Shown: positions 1-5,937 of the stretch, one piece after another
Numbering within the stretch: position 1 is the stretch's first letter
How the letters are laid out: each line of letters opens with the position of its first letter
Virus record (IMG/VR): IMGVR_UViG_3300026321_000001
From: an uncultured virus (IMG/VR IMGVR_UViG_3300026321_000001)
Lineage: Duplodnaviria; Heunggongvirae; Uroviricota; Caudoviricetes
Reading direction: 5' to 3' (one strand)
DNA length: 20,000 bases
The notes under the pieces: generated by a model
Told to the model about the DNA's origin: nothing
Seen by the model: only the letters and a program-made list of their open reading frames with translations
Databases searched by the model: none
Made by a program: the position numbers and the translations under genes

Positions 1-535
1 CCGATATACCTAACGGCATACCATCTGAGAAACTTCCTTGTCCAAAAGGATACACTAGGAACACTGCGAATGCAGCAGATACTGGTGCAGAATATGCAAC
101 ACAGATCCAAGGTCTCATACCTAAACGGTATGATAGTTCCCACTGTCTACCCATATAGGCAGAGATTCCAATAAGGAAGTGGAAGATTACCAACTGATAT
201 GGACCTCCATTATACAACCACTCATCTAGAGTAGCAGCTTCCCAGATGGGATAGAAGTGTAGTCCAATTGCGTTGGAAGATGGAACGACAGCACCAGAGA
301 TGATGTTGTTACCATATAAGAATGAACCTGCAACAGGTTCACGGATCCCATCGATATCGACAGGAGGAGCAGCTATAAATGCTATGATGAAACAAGTAGC
401 GGCAGCTAACAAGCAAGGAATCATTAAAACTCCAAACCAACCAACATAAATTCGGTTGTTTGTACTTGTTACCCAGTCGCAAAACTCGTCCCAATTCTTA
501 AGCGGGCTGCTCTGTGTTTTAGACAGAGTTGTCAT
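1..535 (-). CDS. psbA: Photosystem II D1 protein, 5' part (continues beyond the left edge)
   Basis: Not in the ORF track. Manual translation from ATG 535 gives [43 protein letters not shown]...[25 protein letters not shown]...[24 protein letters not shown]...[10 protein letters not shown], which is unmistakably D1. It has Gln at the 130-equivalent position and the Asp170-equivalent is present. Confidence 0.99.
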   Translation of the reverse strand, partial: MTTLSKTQSSPLKNWDEFCDWVTSTNNRIYVGWFGVLMIPCLLAAATCFIIAFIAAPPVDIDGIREPVAGSFLYGNNIISGAVVPSSNAIGLHFYPIWEAATLDEWLYNGGPYQLVIFHFLIGISAYMGRQWELSYRLGMRPWICVAYSAPVSAAFAVFLVYPFGQGSFSDGMPLGIS

Positions 536-559
536 TAAAAATGAGTGCGATTTTACTTG

Positions 560-605
560 TTATGATAAGACATTATGACCCCGTGGTCTTGGTTAGGGGG
601 TATGT
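560..605 (-). ncRNA. psbA 5' leader hairpin/pseudoknot, PhotoRC-II-like
   Basis: Minus strand reads ACCCC-CTAACCAAGACCAC-GGGGT-cataat-GTCTT-atcata. The loop AAGAC can pair with the downstream GTCTT. The position and shape recall the PhotoRC motifs upstream of cyanophage psbA (recalled, not searched). Confidence 0.6.
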
Positions 606-735
606 ATGAGGGTGGGATACATATGCTGCTTGTACTCAGCCCCATTGTATCATCGGGGGGACTTATTTGTGTTCAGAACTACCCAGCCACGCATAAATGC
701 GATTCATCGGTTCGGTCTTGCCCTTGCACCCGTCC

Positions 736-742
736 TATTTAT
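736..742 (-). promoter_or_regulatory. T4-type late promoter ATAAATA upstream of the psbA leader
   Basis: Intergenic ATAAATA, matching the gp55 consensus TATAAATA apart from the first base. Confidence 0.6.
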
Positions 743-759
743 TGTATCATAATGTTAAG

Positions 760-1065
760 TCAATGTCCACCATAAGGGTCATTGATATCATCATAGATCT
801 CTTCCTCTGGTCTTGGTGGCAACTGAATCTTCTCAGATCCACCACCTAACTGCTCTGATCCACCTACAGCAAAAGGATTGTACTTTGCAGTAGCAATCCT
901 ATACATCTTTTCGTGTATCGTTATCTCTTCTTCCTCTTGATCCACACCTGGAGGTTGTATCTCCGAGGGTGATGTGTCAATAGGTTCTTTGTCAGTTGCA
1001 ATAGGCATAGAGTCTAATGGATTATCAAACCAATCATCGTGAGGTATAATCGGTAGTCCCATCAT
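760..1065 (-). CDS. Hypothetical acidic, Pro-rich protein
   Basis: 101-aa ORF whose start overlaps the upstream stop codon. No recognisable motif. Confidence 0.7.
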   Translation of the reverse strand: MMGLPIIPHDDWFDNPLDSMPIATDKEPIDTSPSEIQPPGVDQEEEEITIHEKMYRIATAKYNPFAVGGSEQLGGGSEKIQLPPRPEEEIYDDINDPYGGH

Positions 1066-1415
1066 CCTAGTTCAGTAACGTCTCCTGTAACTCCTGCTGG
1101 AGTCTTAGGTGGTGAATCTATATGAATTGTACCGTGTAATGGTTGATGCTGGTGCTCAAGAAGATGATCTAACTTACGTTCGATAGATTCAAGTCTATCA
1201 ATCATCTCTGGATGAGGTGCGTGTGATGCTGGTGGAAGGTCGATAGTAAATGTACTTCCGTCACCTGCTGGTGGATATGCGTGTGCATATGCTGGATCAA
1301 CCCCAGTATCTAATGTGATGTTAGGATCTATTCCTGTTATTGGATCAGGTAATAGTCCAGGTGTTGTAGTAACCTCAGTACCTGGTACTGGATTAGTTCC
1401 TGCTGAGTCTGTCAT
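1062..1415 (-). CDS. Hypothetical Pro/Thr-rich protein with a short coiled coil
   Basis: 117-aa ORF with the heptad IDRLESIERKLDHLLE, preceded by TAAATA at 1437-1442. Confidence 0.7.
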   Translation of the reverse strand: MTDSAGTNPVPGTEVTTTPGLLPDPITGIDPNITLDTGVDPAYAHAYPPAGDGSTFTIDLPPASHAPHPEMIDRLESIERKLDHLLEHQHQPLHGTIHIDSPPKTPAGVTGDVTELG

Positions 1416-1439
1416 CGTGGAAATTTGGTAGTAAAATAT

Positions 1440-1784
1440 TTAGCGTCTGACTACAGCAGGTACATCCCCGTCGTCGTCATCGTCGTCATCATACCACGGA
1501 TCGTTTATCTCGTCTATCCTATTCTTTAAAGACTCTTGTAGATTAGAATCAGATGTCATCACTCTTCTCTGAAACTCTTCATCAGGTGTGAAATTTACAA
1601 CTAACAATTCATCACCTGGTTTTACCTCTGATAGTTCTGGATGAGGTGGTCTAGTAACTGTCTTCTTTGTTTCTATAAACTTACCAGCACCTAACTGTCT
1701 TGCCGCTGCAAACCCACCTGACATAAGTCTCAATGCCATAATGAATAGTATAAAAGTGCTTAGTAAGAATAGAAAGTTAATCAT
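1440..1784 (-). CDS. DUF2973-like small membrane protein
   Basis: N-terminal TM helix followed by HPEL...DELLVVNF, the pattern I recall for cyanobacterial DUF2973. Ends in a poly-Asp tail. Confidence 0.65.
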   Translation of the reverse strand: MINFLFLLSTFILFIMALRLMSGGFAAARQLGAGKFIETKKTVTRPPHPELSEVKPGDELLVVNFTPDEEFQRRVMTSDSNLQESLKNRIDEINDPWYDDDDDDDGDVPAVVRR

Positions 1785-1920
1785 TCTTTTTTACCTTCTT
1801 AGTCTGCTTCTTAATCATCTTGGCGTACCTAATGTCACTATCAGTGTACCAACCTTTATGTTCTTTAGCAAGTTTAATAATTTTCTTTGCTGCTTTTCGA
1901 TCGTCCTTCCTTTGAGACAT
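1777..1920 (-). CDS. Small basic hypothetical protein (47 aa)
   Basis: Not in the track. MSQRKDDRKAAKKIIKLAKEHKGWYTDSDIRYAKMIKKQTKKVKKND fills the gap and overlaps both neighbours. Confidence 0.65.
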   Translation of the reverse strand: MSQRKDDRKAAKKIIKLAKEHKGWYTDSDIRYAKMIKKQTKKVKKND

Positions 1921-2122
1921 TGTAATACCACTTAATGTATAGCTGTGCGAGGTCTGATTTAAAGAGGAAGTCCTCGTCTCTTAGTTGTTTATATTCTCCC
2001 GAATCTATAACCCAATCACAGAAGTCATAATGCTTTTGTTCTAGTGAATGAGATCTATCAACACAGTCCTGTAAACATCGTTGACGAACATTTAGAATAT
2101 CATCAGTGATTTTATAGGTCAT
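1874..2122 (-). CDS. Hypothetical protein
   Basis: 82-aa ORF in a tightly packed operon. Confidence 0.65.
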   Translation of the reverse strand: MTYKITDDILNVRQRCLQDCVDRSHSLEQKHYDFCDWVIDSGEYKQLRDEDFLFKSDLAQLYIKWYYNVSKEGRSKSSKENY

Positions 2123-2285
2123 TAACCATCCTCACGTTTTTGTAATTTGGTACATAATTTTTACCGAAGTTGCAAAGGTTAACATAGAAGTTAGCCTTTA
2201 CCTCGGAGAGACCACAGTATTTCCTTAAAGTAATCCAGTGGTCTGGGTTCTGTTCAACTTGTAAACTGTAAGTACGATTAGTCAT
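2112..2285 (-). CDS. Hypothetical protein
   Basis: Track ORF 2112..2294; ATG 2285 (MTNRTYS...) chosen to minimise overlap. Confidence 0.6.
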   Translation of the reverse strand: MTNRTYSLQVEQNPDHWITLRKYCGLSEVKANFYVNLCNFGKNYVPNYKNVRMVNDL

Positions 2286-2415
2286 CAGCATCAAGATTAG
2301 TAATTACTATCTTGTTACCTTCAATCGTGAATTGCAATTCATCTTCGTGATCCCAACACAGTTCTTCATAGAGTGTGTTGAGTCGATCCATATCTTCCCA
2401 AAGATCAGCAGTCAT
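2278..2415 (-). CDS. Small acidic hypothetical protein (45 aa)
   Basis: [29 protein letters not shown]...; its start is coupled to the petF stop (TGATG). Confidence 0.7.
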   Translation of the reverse strand: MTADLWEDMDRLNTLYEELCWDHEDELQFTIEGNKIVITNLDADD

Positions 2416-2705
2416 CAGTACAAATGCTCCTCCTGCTCCGTAAGAATAGTTACATCGGATGTAGGATATGCAACACAAGTTAATACAAAACCTGCTTCGA
2501 TCTGATCTTCATCTAAGAAGGACTGATCTTCTTGATTGACTGACCCTTCAACTACCTTACCTGCACAGGTACTACAAGCACCAGCACGACAAGAGTATGG
2601 GTGATCGATACCTGCTTCTTCAGCAGCGTCTAAGATGTACTGATCAGAAGCACATTCAAAAGTTTCTAGTTCACCTTCAGTGGACTTAAACGTTACAGTT
2701 GCCAT
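2415..2705 (-). CDS. petF: Plant-type [2Fe-2S] ferredoxin
   Basis: [28 protein letters not shown]...DQSFLD...[11 protein letters not shown] with all four Cys ligands. Confidence 0.98.
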   Translation of the reverse strand: MATVTFKSTEGELETFECASDQYILDAAEEAGIDHPYSCRAGACSTCAGKVVEGSVNQEDQSFLDEDQIEAGFVLTCVAYPTSDVTILTEQEEHLY

Positions 2706-2727
2706 TTTAATAATTCAGAGTCGAATC

Positions 2728-2761
2728 TATTTAGTATAGCATCAAAAAACCACCTTGGCAA
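2728..2761 (-). promoter_or_regulatory. Sigma70-like promoter TTGCCA-N17-TATACT with an overlapping late TAAATA, driving petF
   Basis: -35 at 2756-2761, -10 at 2733-2738, TAAATA at 2728-2733. Confidence 0.65.
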
Positions 2762-2769
2762 AGGTGGTT
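2744..2769 (-). terminator. Intrinsic terminator after the hli/microprotein operon
   Basis: AACCACCTT-TGCC-AAGGTGGTT followed by a T-run on the minus strand. Confidence 0.75.
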
Positions 2770-2869
2770 AGATTAATCCGAGTGTTCCTGCTGTCATACC
2801 CACACTCACAAAGAATGCAAATTCATACAGAGGGTACCACGGACTATTGAAAAGCGTATTGACCAACAT
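2768..2869 (-). CDS. 33-aa hydrophobic microprotein
   Basis: Not in the track. MLVNTLFNSPWYPLYEFAFFVSVGMTAGTLGLI ends directly at the terminator. Confidence 0.55.
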   Translation of the reverse strand: MLVNTLFNSPWYPLYEFAFFVSVGMTAGTLGLI

Positions 2870-2918
2870 TTGTGTAAGTAAAAGCGGCTAAACTAAAAAG
2901 GAATAAGATCTGATACAT
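2844..2918 (-). CDS. 24-aa hydrophobic microprotein
   Basis: Not in the track. MYQILFLFSLAAFTYTNVGQYAFQ starts one base after the upstream stop. Confidence 0.5.
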   Translation of the reverse strand: MYQILFLFSLAAFTYTNVGQYAFQ

Positions 2919-2919
2919 T

Positions 2920-3099
2920 TTAAGCTCCTGCTGGTACTGGAATCATCTTTCCACCACGGGGTTCATCGTCATCATCGTCATCAATAAATCCACCACCTGC
3001 TGCTGCCCAGAATCCCAGTAAAATTATTACTGGAATAAAGGGGAACACCAATGCCCATATTGGATTCACTGCTTCTGTTGCTGCTTGAAGTTCACCCAT
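2920..3099 (-). CDS. 59-aa single-TM protein with a poly-Asp tail
   Basis: MGELQAATEAVNPIWALVFPFIPVIILLGFW...DDDDDD. ATG 3099 follows the hli stop; the longer track start overlaps hli. Confidence 0.7.
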   Translation of the reverse strand: MGELQAATEAVNPIWALVFPFIPVIILLGFWAAAGGGFIDDDDDDEPRGGKMIPVPAGA

Positions 3100-3104
3100 T
3101 GCTT

Positions 3105-3296
3105 TTAGAATACTCCTGGAATAATTTGTCCTGTTGTAGCATATGCTCCGATGGCTGCTAAAAAACCAATCATTGCCCAACGTCCGTTGGTTTGTTCTGC
3201 TTGTTCGTTCATAGTCTTGTCCTGCTGGATGATTTGGATTTGAGGTTCAGTCGCAAACATATTCTGTCTGCCACCATCTTCTGTTGTTACAGTCAT
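3105..3296 (-). CDS. hli: High-light inducible protein
   Basis: AEQTNGRWAMIGF chlorophyll-binding ExxNGR motif and C-terminal TGQIIPGVF, typical of Prochlorococcus/phage multicopy hli. Confidence 0.95.
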   Translation of the reverse strand: MTVTTEDGGRQNMFATEPQIQIIQQDKTMNEQAEQTNGRWAMIGFLAAIGAYATTGQIIPGVF

Positions 3297-3323
3297 TTAA
3301 GTTTTGTGAAGTAACGTAACATA

Positions 3324-3362
3324 ATTATATAGCAAATCTGTACATCCCGTCAAGTATTTATA
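3324..3362 (-). promoter_or_regulatory. Tandem late (TATAAATA) and sigma70-like (TTGACG-N18-TATAAT) promoters for hli
   Basis: TATAAATA at 3355-3362, TTGACG at 3348-3353, TATAAT at 3324-3329. Confidence 0.7.
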
Positions 3363-3374
3363 CTCAGTATGTCT

Positions 3375-3848
3375 TCAACCCATAAAATAATCCTTGCGAT
3401 AATATCTCCCAAGGATGTTTGAATTATAAAAGGCAGGCTCCCCATCAGGACCTGCCTCTGTTAGTACATTATTTAAGAACAGTTGTCTTGTCTCTTCGAA
3501 GTTTACTCTTCCCTGAGTGTTGTGGAGACTGAGGATCTCACGCTTGAAAAGGTTTCGTCCATACTTTTTAATGTCTTGCTTAAGCTCCTCAGAACTTCCG
3601 TAGTACTTTTTCCAGTCACTCTCAGACGAAACACGGCGTTTCCCACCTCTAGGCTTTCTACGCTTGGTAAAATTTTTCCGTCCGATATATTGTTTACCCG
3701 ACTGGAGATTTGTAATACGGTAGACGTAACCGAAGAAATCGTTAATGTCGTTAGAAGTAAAAGTTGTACCTTGATAGGTCCAGGGGTTTTCATAACCTCC
3801 TTCAACCACTGTGGTCTTTTCATTCGTACTCTCCGTCGTTGTCATCAC
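3375..3848 (-). CDS. GIY-YIG family nuclease (Seg-like, free-standing)
   Basis: GYVYRITNLQSGKQYIGRK...YYGSS...E...FYNSNI. The exact start is uncertain. Confidence 0.85.
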   Translation of the reverse strand: MMTTTESTNEKTTVVEGGYENPWTYQGTTFTSNDINDFFGYVYRITNLQSGKQYIGRKNFTKRRKPRGGKRRVSSESDWKKYYGSSEELKQDIKKYGRNLFKREILSLHNTQGRVNFEETRQLFLNNVLTEAGPDGEPAFYNSNILGRYYRKDYFMG

Positions 3849-3966
3849 CGATCATAATGTTTGGTCCTTGTGTGTATTTAGATACGTCACTAAAGACCTC
3901 AGACTCAAGCTCAAAGGTGATGTCTTTAAGTTGTCTGATGATTTGTTTTACTCGCTCTCGATCCAT
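3820..3966 (-). CDS. Small hypothetical protein (48 aa)
   Basis: Not in the track. [31 protein letters not shown]...DDNDGEYE fills the gap between neighbours. Confidence 0.65.
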   Translation of the reverse strand: MDRERVKQIIRQLKDITFELESEVFSDVSKYTQGPNIMIGDDNDGEYE

Positions 3967-4118
3967 TTGGTTGGTTCTCCTGTGGGATTAATGTCTACAC
4001 CATCAATCGCTTTGACCATAGTCTTGGCTAGACTGTTAGCATCTTTGGCGAACTGGGTTTCAACCATCATACCATACTCATTCCCTTCGTGCAAGAAGGT
4101 GACCTTCCACTTATTCAT
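3948..4118 (-). CDS. Hypothetical protein
   Basis: Track ORF 3948..4136; ATG 4118 (MNKWKVTF) overlaps the pyrE stop. Confidence 0.65.
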   Translation of the reverse strand: MNKWKVTFLHEGNEYGMMVETQFAKDANSLAKTMVKAIDGVDINPTGEPTKWIESE

Positions 4119-4620
4119 AGAGATCTTCCAACTCAACTAGACTACACAGTTCTATACCGTTATCACGAAACATAGCTTCAGCACCCTCTTGTCTGTCTAC
4201 TATAGTAACTACACGATCAACAAAGTAACCTAAGTCTCTTAAAACTTTAACTGCTTTAAGAGATGAACCACCTGTAGTAGTTACATCTTCTAGTACTGTT
4301 ATAGTAGATCCTTTTGGTGGTAATGGACCTTCTACTTGTGACTCAGTACCGTGTCCTTTAGGTTCCTTACGAATGATAAGACCATTAATGTTACCTAATA
4401 ATGCTACACCTGATACTAATGGATCAGCACCTAATGTAAGACCTGCCACCCAATCTGTATCAACATACCTTAGCATCTGTTCTGATGCTAACCGTAACCC
4501 TGTACCATTAAGGATCACAGGTTTACAGTTGACATAATGATTACTAACAGTGCCTGAAGACAAAGTAAACTCACCTTCACGATAAGCTTTTGTCTTCAGT
4601 AGATACATTAACTCATTCAT
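4111..4620 (-). CDS. pyrE: Orotate phosphoribosyltransferase
   Basis: [23 protein letters not shown] and the PRPP-binding [11 protein letters not shown] motif. Confidence 0.95.
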   Translation of the reverse strand: MNELMYLLKTKAYREGEFTLSSGTVSNHYVNCKPVILNGTGLRLASEQMLRYVDTDWVAGLTLGADPLVSGVALLGNINGLIIRKEPKGHGTESQVEGPLPPKGSTITVLEDVTTTGGSSLKAVKVLRDLGYFVDRVVTIVDRQEGAEAMFRDNGIELCSLVELEDLYE

Positions 4621-5281
4621 CGGGGTGTAAACCCTCCATTAGTGTTGCCCAATCTCTATCGAAAGCTTCTAGTCCCATATCAGTTAGACAATGGTCGAAC
4701 AACCTGTTGAATACGTCGTACGGTACAGTACATACGTCAGCACCCATTCTGAATGCAGAGGGTACATCAATGGGGTTCCTAATACTTGCAGCAAGGATCT
4801 CAGTTTTAACATCATTTCTATCATAAATTGTACGGATATCCTTTATAAGAGTTAGTCCATCCCAATACTGGTCTGCGACTCTACCTATGAAAGGTGAGAT
4901 GTATGTTGCACCTGCCTTAGCAGCAAGTACTGCCTGTGCTGGACTGAATACAAGAGTTATATTAGTAGAGATATCATCTGCTGATAGATCACCACAAGCA
5001 ATTAGTCCTTCTCTATTACAGGGAAGTTTAATAGTAATATTAGGAGCTATCCTAACATAATTAGATGCCATCTCTAACATCTCTTCAGCATCGTTACCAA
5101 CAACTTCAGCAGATATAGATGAATCCCAAGGGAACATCTCTGCTATACGTTTGATAACTTCTTCAGGATCTTGTCCCAACTTCCTCATTAGAGTTGGGTT
5201 AGTGGTAATACCATCCACGAGACCAGTCTCATTAGCGTGTTTTATCAGATCTGGATCTGAACAATCGAGAAAGATTTTCAT
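4613..5281 (-). CDS. talC: TalC-family transaldolase
   Basis: MKIFLD...GITTNPTL...SAEV...IKLP (Schiff-base Lys)...NITLVFS...SPFIGR...LAASIR. The Glu and Phe signatures favour transaldolase over FSA. Start set at ATG 5281. Confidence 0.95.
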   Translation of the reverse strand: MKIFLDCSDPDLIKHANETGLVDGITTNPTLMRKLGQDPEEVIKRIAEMFPWDSSISAEVVGNDAEEMLEMASNYVRIAPNITIKLPCNREGLIACGDLSADDISTNITLVFSPAQAVLAAKAGATYISPFIGRVADQYWDGLTLIKDIRTIYDRNDVKTEILAASIRNPIDVPSAFRMGADVCTVPYDVFNRLFDHCLTDMGLEAFDRDWATLMEGLHPDE

Positions 5282-5304
5282 AGGTGGAATGTAGCTTAGA
5301 GTAT

Positions 5305-5333
5305 ATAGTACCACAAAAAAAGAGACCTATCAA
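5305..5333 (-). promoter_or_regulatory. Sigma70-like promoter TTGATA-N17-TACTAT for talC-pyrE
   Basis: -35 at 5328-5333 and -10 at 5305-5310 with an exact 17-nt spacer. Confidence 0.6.
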
Positions 5334-5340
5334 GGTCTCT
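5315..5340 (-). terminator. Intrinsic terminator after the DUF4278 peptide gene
   Basis: AGAGACCT-TGAT-AGGTCTCT followed by a T-run. Confidence 0.8.
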
Positions 5341-5367
5341 CTTAGTCCTAACAATCAAGCTAGTAGG

Positions 5368-5490
5368 TTAAGCATTGCATAGTTCTTTATTGAACTTGAC
5401 TCCACGATAAGACAGTTCAGTCTTATTGCAGCGTGTGCTTGGTGCTTTGTTGGTGTCGTACTTGACTCCACGGTAAGTGACTTGTGCCAT
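5368..5490 (-). CDS. DUF4278-family small protein (40 aa)
   Basis: Not in the track. MAQVTYRGVKYDTNKAPSTRCNKTELSYRGVKFNKELCNA has two YRGV repeats, an AGGAG Shine-Dalgarno and an upstream glutamine-riboswitch-like RNA. Confidence 0.85.
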   Translation of the reverse strand: MAQVTYRGVKYDTNKAPSTRCNKTELSYRGVKFNKELCNA

Positions 5491-5524
5491 TGGTTTACTC
5501 CTAAAGTAATTGGATTTTTAGCCC

Positions 5525-5698
5525 CGTTCCTTTAGTCATTTGCGTCCCAACACCCTGGTGTCTCCTCCTTTACAATCTGAATCATTTCAGATTTAAGATT
5601 GTCTTCAACTCTATAGACCTTCATCTTATCGACAAGATCTTGAGCATCAGAACAAGTTAAAGCAGCAGCTAATAACAAGGGCATCATAGGGATGAACG
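5525..5698 (-). ncRNA. Glutamine-II (Downstream-peptide) riboswitch-like aptamer 2 with a 140-nt insert in P2
   Basis: 5' arm CGTTC-A-TCCC (5698-5689) and 3' arm GGGA-CGCA-AATGACTAAAG-GAACG (5548-5525), sitting upstream of a DUF4278 gene. Confidence 0.7.
5532..5687 (-). CDS. 51-aa protein nested in the riboswitch loop
   Basis: MMPLLLAAALTCSDAQDLVDKMK...EETPGCWDAND has a hydrophobic N-terminus and two Cys, with GGAG 11 nt upstream. Confidence 0.6.
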   Translation of the reverse strand: MMPLLLAAALTCSDAQDLVDKMKVYRVEDNLKSEMIQIVKEETPGCWDAND

Positions 5699-5701
5699 CT
5701 C

Positions 5702-5739
5702 CGTTCCGTGACCTACTTGCAACCCCGAAGGGTCGAACG
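5702..5739 (-). ncRNA. Compact glutamine-riboswitch-like aptamer 1
   Basis: CGTTC-GACC-CTTCGG-GGTT-GCAAGTAGGTCAC-GGAACG: P1 CGTTC/GAACG, P2 capped by cUUCGg, and a GCAAGTA junction like glnA/Downstream-peptide motifs. Confidence 0.65.
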
Positions 5740-5765
5740 TAAGGATATGATAACATATCCATTAC

Positions 5766-5771
5766 TATTTA
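5766..5771 (-). promoter_or_regulatory. Late promoter core TAAATA for the riboswitch/DUF4278 transcript
   Basis: Intergenic CTAAATAG followed by the hairpin GGATATG-TTAT-CATATCC (5743-5760). Confidence 0.55.
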
Positions 5772-5790
5772 GCAAGAAATGTTACAAAGA

Positions 5791-5937
5791 CTACCGTTTG
5801 TATCGTCGTGGACCATTTGGTTTCCTTGCGTGCCACTTCTTATACCAGTCTTTCGTGATTTCTACTCTCGGTTCCTGCTTCAGTTCTCGTTTAAGTTCTC
5901 TGAGGAAACGGAGATGAAGTTGAAATTGATTACGCAT
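5791..5937 (-). CDS. Small, highly basic hypothetical protein (48 aa)
   Basis: Not in the track. MRNQFQLHLRFLRELKRELKQEPRVEITKDWYKKWHARKPNGPRRYKR overlaps the oxygenase 3' end. Confidence 0.5.
   Translation of the reverse strand: MRNQFQLHLRFLRELKRELKQEPRVEITKDWYKKWHARKPNGPRRYKR

Noticed and set aside
650..712. CCGATGA next to a hairpin resembling a hammerhead core
   Set aside because: The core should be CTGATGA with a downstream GAAA; neither is present.
3311..3320. GTTAC-GTTAC repeat in the hli leader as an HLR1 site
   Set aside because: The period is 5 nt, whereas HLR1 needs a 10-nt period.
5688..5762. N-terminal extension of track ORF 5532-5762 (MDMLSYPYVRPFG...)
   Set aside because: It reads through a hairpin and aptamer 1 and starts about 4 nt from the promoter core. 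ATG 5687 is more plausible, although leaderless translation is not excluded.
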